64,000 bases of DNA from an uncultured Candidatus Actinomarina sp. (GTDB taxonomy: Bacteria > Actinomycetota > Acidimicrobiia > Actinomarinales > Actinomarinaceae), in NCBI GenBank assembly GCA_902613615.1, contig CACMHQ010000002.1, positions 80,028 to 144,027 of the forward strand. Direction: 5' to 3'. This document shows positions 60,321-64,000 of the stretch, piece by piece (the first letter of the stretch is position 1; every line of letters begins with the position of its first letter). The notes below the pieces were generated by a model. It saw only the letters and a program-made list of their open reading frames with translations. It searched no databases and was not told the origin of the DNA. A program made the translations under genes and the position numbers.

Positions 60321-61898
60321 TTGAGTAGTTTTTCTTTTTTGGAGAGTGGATTAGGTTTAACCGTAGTAGTTTTTCTTCCGCTTGTATCCGCAATATTTAT
60401 ATTCTTAATACCTAAGAAACAAGAGATGCTAATTAAATTAGTAACTCTTGGATCTGCACTACTTACTTTTGGAGTAAGTTTAATTGTTGCCTTACAATTT
60501 GATTTTAATAATGCTGGTGACCTTCAGCTTGGTACTAAGGTCTCATGGATTAGTAGTATTAATTCAAATTATGAAATAGGCATAGACGGTATTTCTTTAC
60601 CTTTATTACTTTTATCTACTTTCATTTCTGTATTAGCAATTATTTATTCTTTTGAACATTTACCTGAACCAAAAAATGCAAAAGGAATGATGTCTTTGAT
60701 TTTAATTTTAGAAACTGGAATGAATGGTACATTTGTGGCATTAGATCTAATTTTATTTTTTGTGTTCTTTGAACTTGTTTTACTACCAATGTATTTCATG
60801 ATTGGTATTTGGGGAGATAAAACTGTCAGAAGTGTTTCTGGACTTAAGAATGATATTGAAACAAGACTTTATGCAAGTATTAAGTTTTTTGTATTTACTT
60901 TATTTGGATCTGCTTTCATGCTTTTAGGATTCCTAGGTTTATATTTCAGGGGAAATAGAACATTTAGTATTCCCGAACTAATTGAGCTTGGCTCTAGTGG
61001 AGCATTTACAGGTACATTTGCAACGTTAGTTTTTGCTGTTTTATTTTTGGGCTTTGCAGTAAAAGTACCAATGTGGCCACTACATACATGGTTGCCTGAT
61101 GCACACACAGCTGCACCAACTGTTGGATCTGTTTTATTAGCTGCGATTTTATTAAAACTTGGATCCTATGGTTTTGTAAGAATTGCTTTACCTATTCTTC
61201 CAGAACAGGCTGTTGCTTGGGCTCCAGCTATTGCAGTGCTATCAGCAATTGGAATAATATACGGCTCTCTTGCTTGCTTGGCACAAACAGACCTTAAAAG
61301 ATTGATTGCATTTTCTTCAGTAGGACATATGGGCTTTGTAATGCTTGGGATATCTTCACTCACCTCAATAGGTATTAATGCTGCAATGATTGGAATGGTT
61401 GCCCACGGAATAATTACTGGTTTATTGTTTTTTGTTTCTGGTTCTATGGCACATACTTATCACACCAGAGACATGGGAAGACTAGGTGGAAATATGAAAC
61501 TTCTTCCAAAGACTGGAGCCATTTTAGCTTTTACAGCTATGGCGTCACTTGGCTTACCCGGATTGGCAGGATTTTGGGGAGAATTTATGGCTCTCCTTGG
61601 AGCATATAATCCATTACCTGGTTTAAATATTACAATTTTTAGATCCTCCATGGTTGCAGGTGCAATTGGAACTGTTTTAACAGCAGGTTATTTATTATGG
61701 ATGCTTCAAAGAGTTAATCTTGGTGAACCTAAAGAAGAATGGTTAGATAAAGAGCTTCATGATGCGGATAATTATGAGCTTGTTGCTTGGATACCTTTAG
61801 TAATACTTACTGTTCTAATCGGAGTATTTCCAAAGCTTATATTTGGAGCAACTAATGATGCAGTTATTGCTTTGGTATCTAAAGCGTTCGGAGGCTAA
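60321..61898 (+). CDS. nuoM: complex I-like subunit M (operon 2)
   Basis: TWLPDAHTAAPTVGSVLLAAILLK. Confidence 0.9.
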   Translation: MSSFSFLESGLGLTVVVFLPLVSAIFIFLIPKKQEMLIKLVTLGSALLTFGVSLIVALQFDFNNAGDLQLGTKVSWISSINSNYEIGIDGISLPLLLLSTFISVLAIIYSFEHLPEPKNAKGMMSLILILETGMNGTFVALDLILFFVFFELVLLPMYFMIGIWGDKTVRSVSGLKNDIETRLYASIKFFVFTLFGSAFMLLGFLGLYFRGNRTFSIPELIELGSSGAFTGTFATLVFAVLFLGFAVKVPMWPLHTWLPDAHTAAPTVGSVLLAAILLKLGSYGFVRIALPILPEQAVAWAPAIAVLSAIGIIYGSLACLAQTDLKRLIAFSSVGHMGFVMLGISSLTSIGINAAMIGMVAHGIITGLLFFVSGSMAHTYHTRDMGRLGGNMKLLPKTGAILAFTAMASLGLPGLAGFWGEFMALLGAYNPLPGLNITIFRSSMVAGAIGTVLTAGYLLWMLQRVNLGEPKEEWLDKELHDADNYELVAWIPLVILTVLIGVFPKLIFGATNDAVIALVSKAFGG

Positions 61899-62011
61899 AA
61901 ATTAATATTAATTATTTCGCTATATCAAGTGAATTAATAGTAATCCTAACGATTGTCGCTGCTATAACATTAGATATACTTTTACCAAGAAAATTTAAAT
62001 TCATCATTGCA

Positions 62012-63382
62012 ATGGTTTCAATTCTTGGATCGCTATTTGCATTCCTTCCAATTATTTTTCAATTTGCCAACTATACAACTCCAGAAATTATGTTTGAGGG
62101 AAGTTATGTAATTGATAAATTTTCCTTGATTCTAAAAGGCCTATTTATATTGGTTACGTATCTGACATTTTTATTGTCCGTAAATTTTGTAGAAAGTGAT
62201 GAATATTACCAGGGAGAATATTATTTTCTTCTGTTAAGTTCTCTCCTTGGAGCATTAGTAGTAACCTCTTCAAGAGATTTACTAACAATGTTTATTGGAA
62301 TTGAATTAGCTTCAACGCCAATGTTTCTATTATCTGGCTGGAAAAAAGGCGATCAAAAATCAAATGAAGGTTCAATTAAATTCTTTTTATTGGGAGTACT
62401 ATCAGCATCTTTAATTCTTTATGGTTTTTCACTACTTTATGGAGTAACTGGAAAGTTAGTTTTTTCAGATATAGCTAATATTTTAATTCAGCAAGATCTT
62501 GCCCAATCACCTGTTGCTTTATTAAGCGCAATACTTATTTTGGCGGGTATAGGCTTCAAGATATCGATAGTTCCATTTCACTCTTGGGCACCTGATACTT
62601 ATGAAGGTGCACCTTTACCAGTAACGGCTTATCTATCTGTTAGCTCCAAAGCGACTGGCTTTGTTGCATTAATTATTTTGATGTCAAAAATATTTTTTGA
62701 ATCTGGAGATGGATTGGGGATAATACTTGTATTCATTTCTGGAATAACAATGTTTGTTGGTAATTTATCAGCTTTACAACAAACAAATCCAGTAAGACTT
62801 CTAGCATATTCATCGATTGCACAGGCAGGGTTTATTATTGCCCCGATAGCTGTTGCAAACATAACAAATAATTTTGAAGATGGTGTCTATGCAAGTGTTA
62901 CGTATCTAATTATTTATGCATTTATGAATATAGGTGCATTTTTAGTGATTAATTTGTTACAAAGAAATATTGACTCAGAAAACATGTATGACTGGGGAGG
63001 TCTTGCAAAAGAAACACCATTAGCAGGAATCTTTGCAGTAATATTTTTCTTCTCTCTTGCAGGGATTCCACCTCTTGGAGGATGGTTCGCAAAATTTGTA
63101 GTTTTCAGAAGCTTACTAAGCACAGGTGAAATTTTTGGATTATCTCTAGCTATAGTTGGTGCTATTAATGCTGTAATAGGCTTGGTGTATTATTCAAGAA
63201 TTTCAAAAATTATATGGATGGATAGTCCAAAAGAAGATGTTCAAAAGACCGAAAATTCGATCATCCCAAGCCCACTAAAAGTTGTTGGTTTTGTAAGTTT
63301 AATTTTGACAATTGTATCTGGAATTTTTCCAGGCATATTCAGCAATCTAGGTGAAGCTTCATCAATATTTTTTAATAGCTAA
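62012..63382 (+). CDS. nuoN: complex I-like subunit N (operon 2)
   Basis: ND2-like motif SWAPDTYEGAPLPVTAYLS. Coordinates are for the canonical ATG ORF. The conserved first TM helix continues in-frame upstream to about 61901 (a possible ATT start behind a GGAGG SD). Confidence 0.85.
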   Translation: MVSILGSLFAFLPIIFQFANYTTPEIMFEGSYVIDKFSLILKGLFILVTYLTFLLSVNFVESDEYYQGEYYFLLLSSLLGALVVTSSRDLLTMFIGIELASTPMFLLSGWKKGDQKSNEGSIKFFLLGVLSASLILYGFSLLYGVTGKLVFSDIANILIQQDLAQSPVALLSAILILAGIGFKISIVPFHSWAPDTYEGAPLPVTAYLSVSSKATGFVALIILMSKIFFESGDGLGIILVFISGITMFVGNLSALQQTNPVRLLAYSSIAQAGFIIAPIAVANITNNFEDGVYASVTYLIIYAFMNIGAFLVINLLQRNIDSENMYDWGGLAKETPLAGIFAVIFFFSLAGIPPLGGWFAKFVVFRSLLSTGEIFGLSLAIVGAINAVIGLVYYSRISKIIWMDSPKEDVQKTENSIIPSPLKVVGFVSLILTIVSGIFPGIFSNLGEASSIFFNS

Positions 63383-63386
63383 TTAA

Positions 63387-64000
63387 GTGGTAGAAAAAAA
63401 ATTTATTGATTACCTCAAAAATAAATACAGTAAAAACTATTTATACTTTGATGAATTCATGCAGGAATGTCTTTATTCTGATTATGGATTTTTTGCAAAG
63501 GGCGAAGTCCGCTCCAGTAAATCTGGTGATTTTTTAACCTCACCAGAAGTATCTAATTATTTTGGATTATTTATTTCAAACTGGATTAAAGAAAATAGAA
63601 TCAATAGCGATTCAAATATACTTGAAGTTGGAGCAGGAACAGGTTCACTTGCGAATCAGGTGTCAAAGTATCTTGAAAAAGAAATCTATGTTTCCGAAAT
63701 TTCGTTAAATGCCTTAAAAGCACTTAAAAGTAAAAATTTTTTGGTTGATAGCAATTTAGACAACTATGGTTCATCTCAGATAAAAACTATTTATATGAAT
63801 GAAGTGTTAGATAATATACCTTGTTCTGTCGGTATAGAAGTAGACAATACTTGGTATGAAAAAACAATTGAATTTACAAAAGATAATGAACTTAGATATG
63901 GAAAAGTAGAAATGCGTGAATCAAATCTTAAATGGATTAAAAAATATAATTGTTTAGATAACCAAGATAATGAGCTTGAAATTCAACACAATACAGAACA
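63387..64000 (+). CDS. MidA/NDUFAF7-family (DUF185) class I SAM-dependent methyltransferase, 5' part; the gene runs off the window
   Basis: GTG start 4 nt after the nuoN-2 stop. LYFDEFMQECLYSDYGFFAKG and GDFLTSPEVSNYFGLFISNWI match the MidA signature (FM...LY.P..GYY; DFxT(A/S)PE(I/L)SxxFGE...W). The SAM motif is LEVGAGTGSL. Confidence 0.75.
   Translation, partial: MVEKKFIDYLKNKYSKNYLYFDEFMQECLYSDYGFFAKGEVRSSKSGDFLTSPEVSNYFGLFISNWIKENRINSDSNILEVGAGTGSLANQVSKYLEKEIYVSEISLNALKALKSKNFLVDSNLDNYGSSQIKTIYMNEVLDNIPCSVGIEVDNTWYEKTIEFTKDNELRYGKVEMRESNLKWIKKYNCLDNQDNELEIQHNTE

Noticed and set aside
1-64000. CRISPR arrays, IS elements and rRNA genes
   Set aside because: No regularly spaced direct repeats, no transposase/integrase-like ORFs and no rRNA-like conserved stretches were seen on either strand.

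Overview
This 64 kb window is a densely packed chromosomal segment with roughly one-third GC content, and its gene order is characteristic of Actinobacteria. The blocks folK-panC-coaX-lysS...clpC and disA / carD-ispF-cysS-rlmB mirror the Mycobacterium arrangement. Together with rex and a type III pantothenate kinase, this points to a streamlined low-GC actinobacterium, possibly a marine or freshwater planktonic lineage. That taxonomic placement is an inference.

I call about 75 features, almost all coding, with many ATGA/TAATG start-stop overlaps. They include:
- housekeeping genes and one tRNA-Thr(TGT);
- three lipoprotein-dependent ABC importers: a BMP/nucleoside type, a Liv branched-chain amino acid type, and an Fbp-type Fe3+ system that sits next to a DtxR-family regulator and shares HpaI-containing palindromes with it;
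- an ABC-2 exporter, a MATE pump, thymidine kinase and a CAP-domain membrane protein;
- a canonical 14-gene nuoA-N complex I operon, whose leader carries a perfect Rex operator (TTGTGAA-N4-TTCACAA), with rex itself 1.4 kb upstream.

The most interesting region is 51.3-64 kb. It holds:
- a heliorhodopsin gene;
- a cytoplasmic alkaline-phosphatase-superfamily phosphodiesterase;
- a second, 11-gene complex-I-like operon (nuoABCDHIJKLMN with no nuoEFG NADH-oxidising module);
- a MidA/NDUFAF7-type methyltransferase gene translationally coupled to nuoN-2. MidA/NDUFAF7 is the complex I NuoD arginine methyltransferase and assembly factor in mitochondria.

No mobile elements, CRISPR arrays or rRNA genes were seen.
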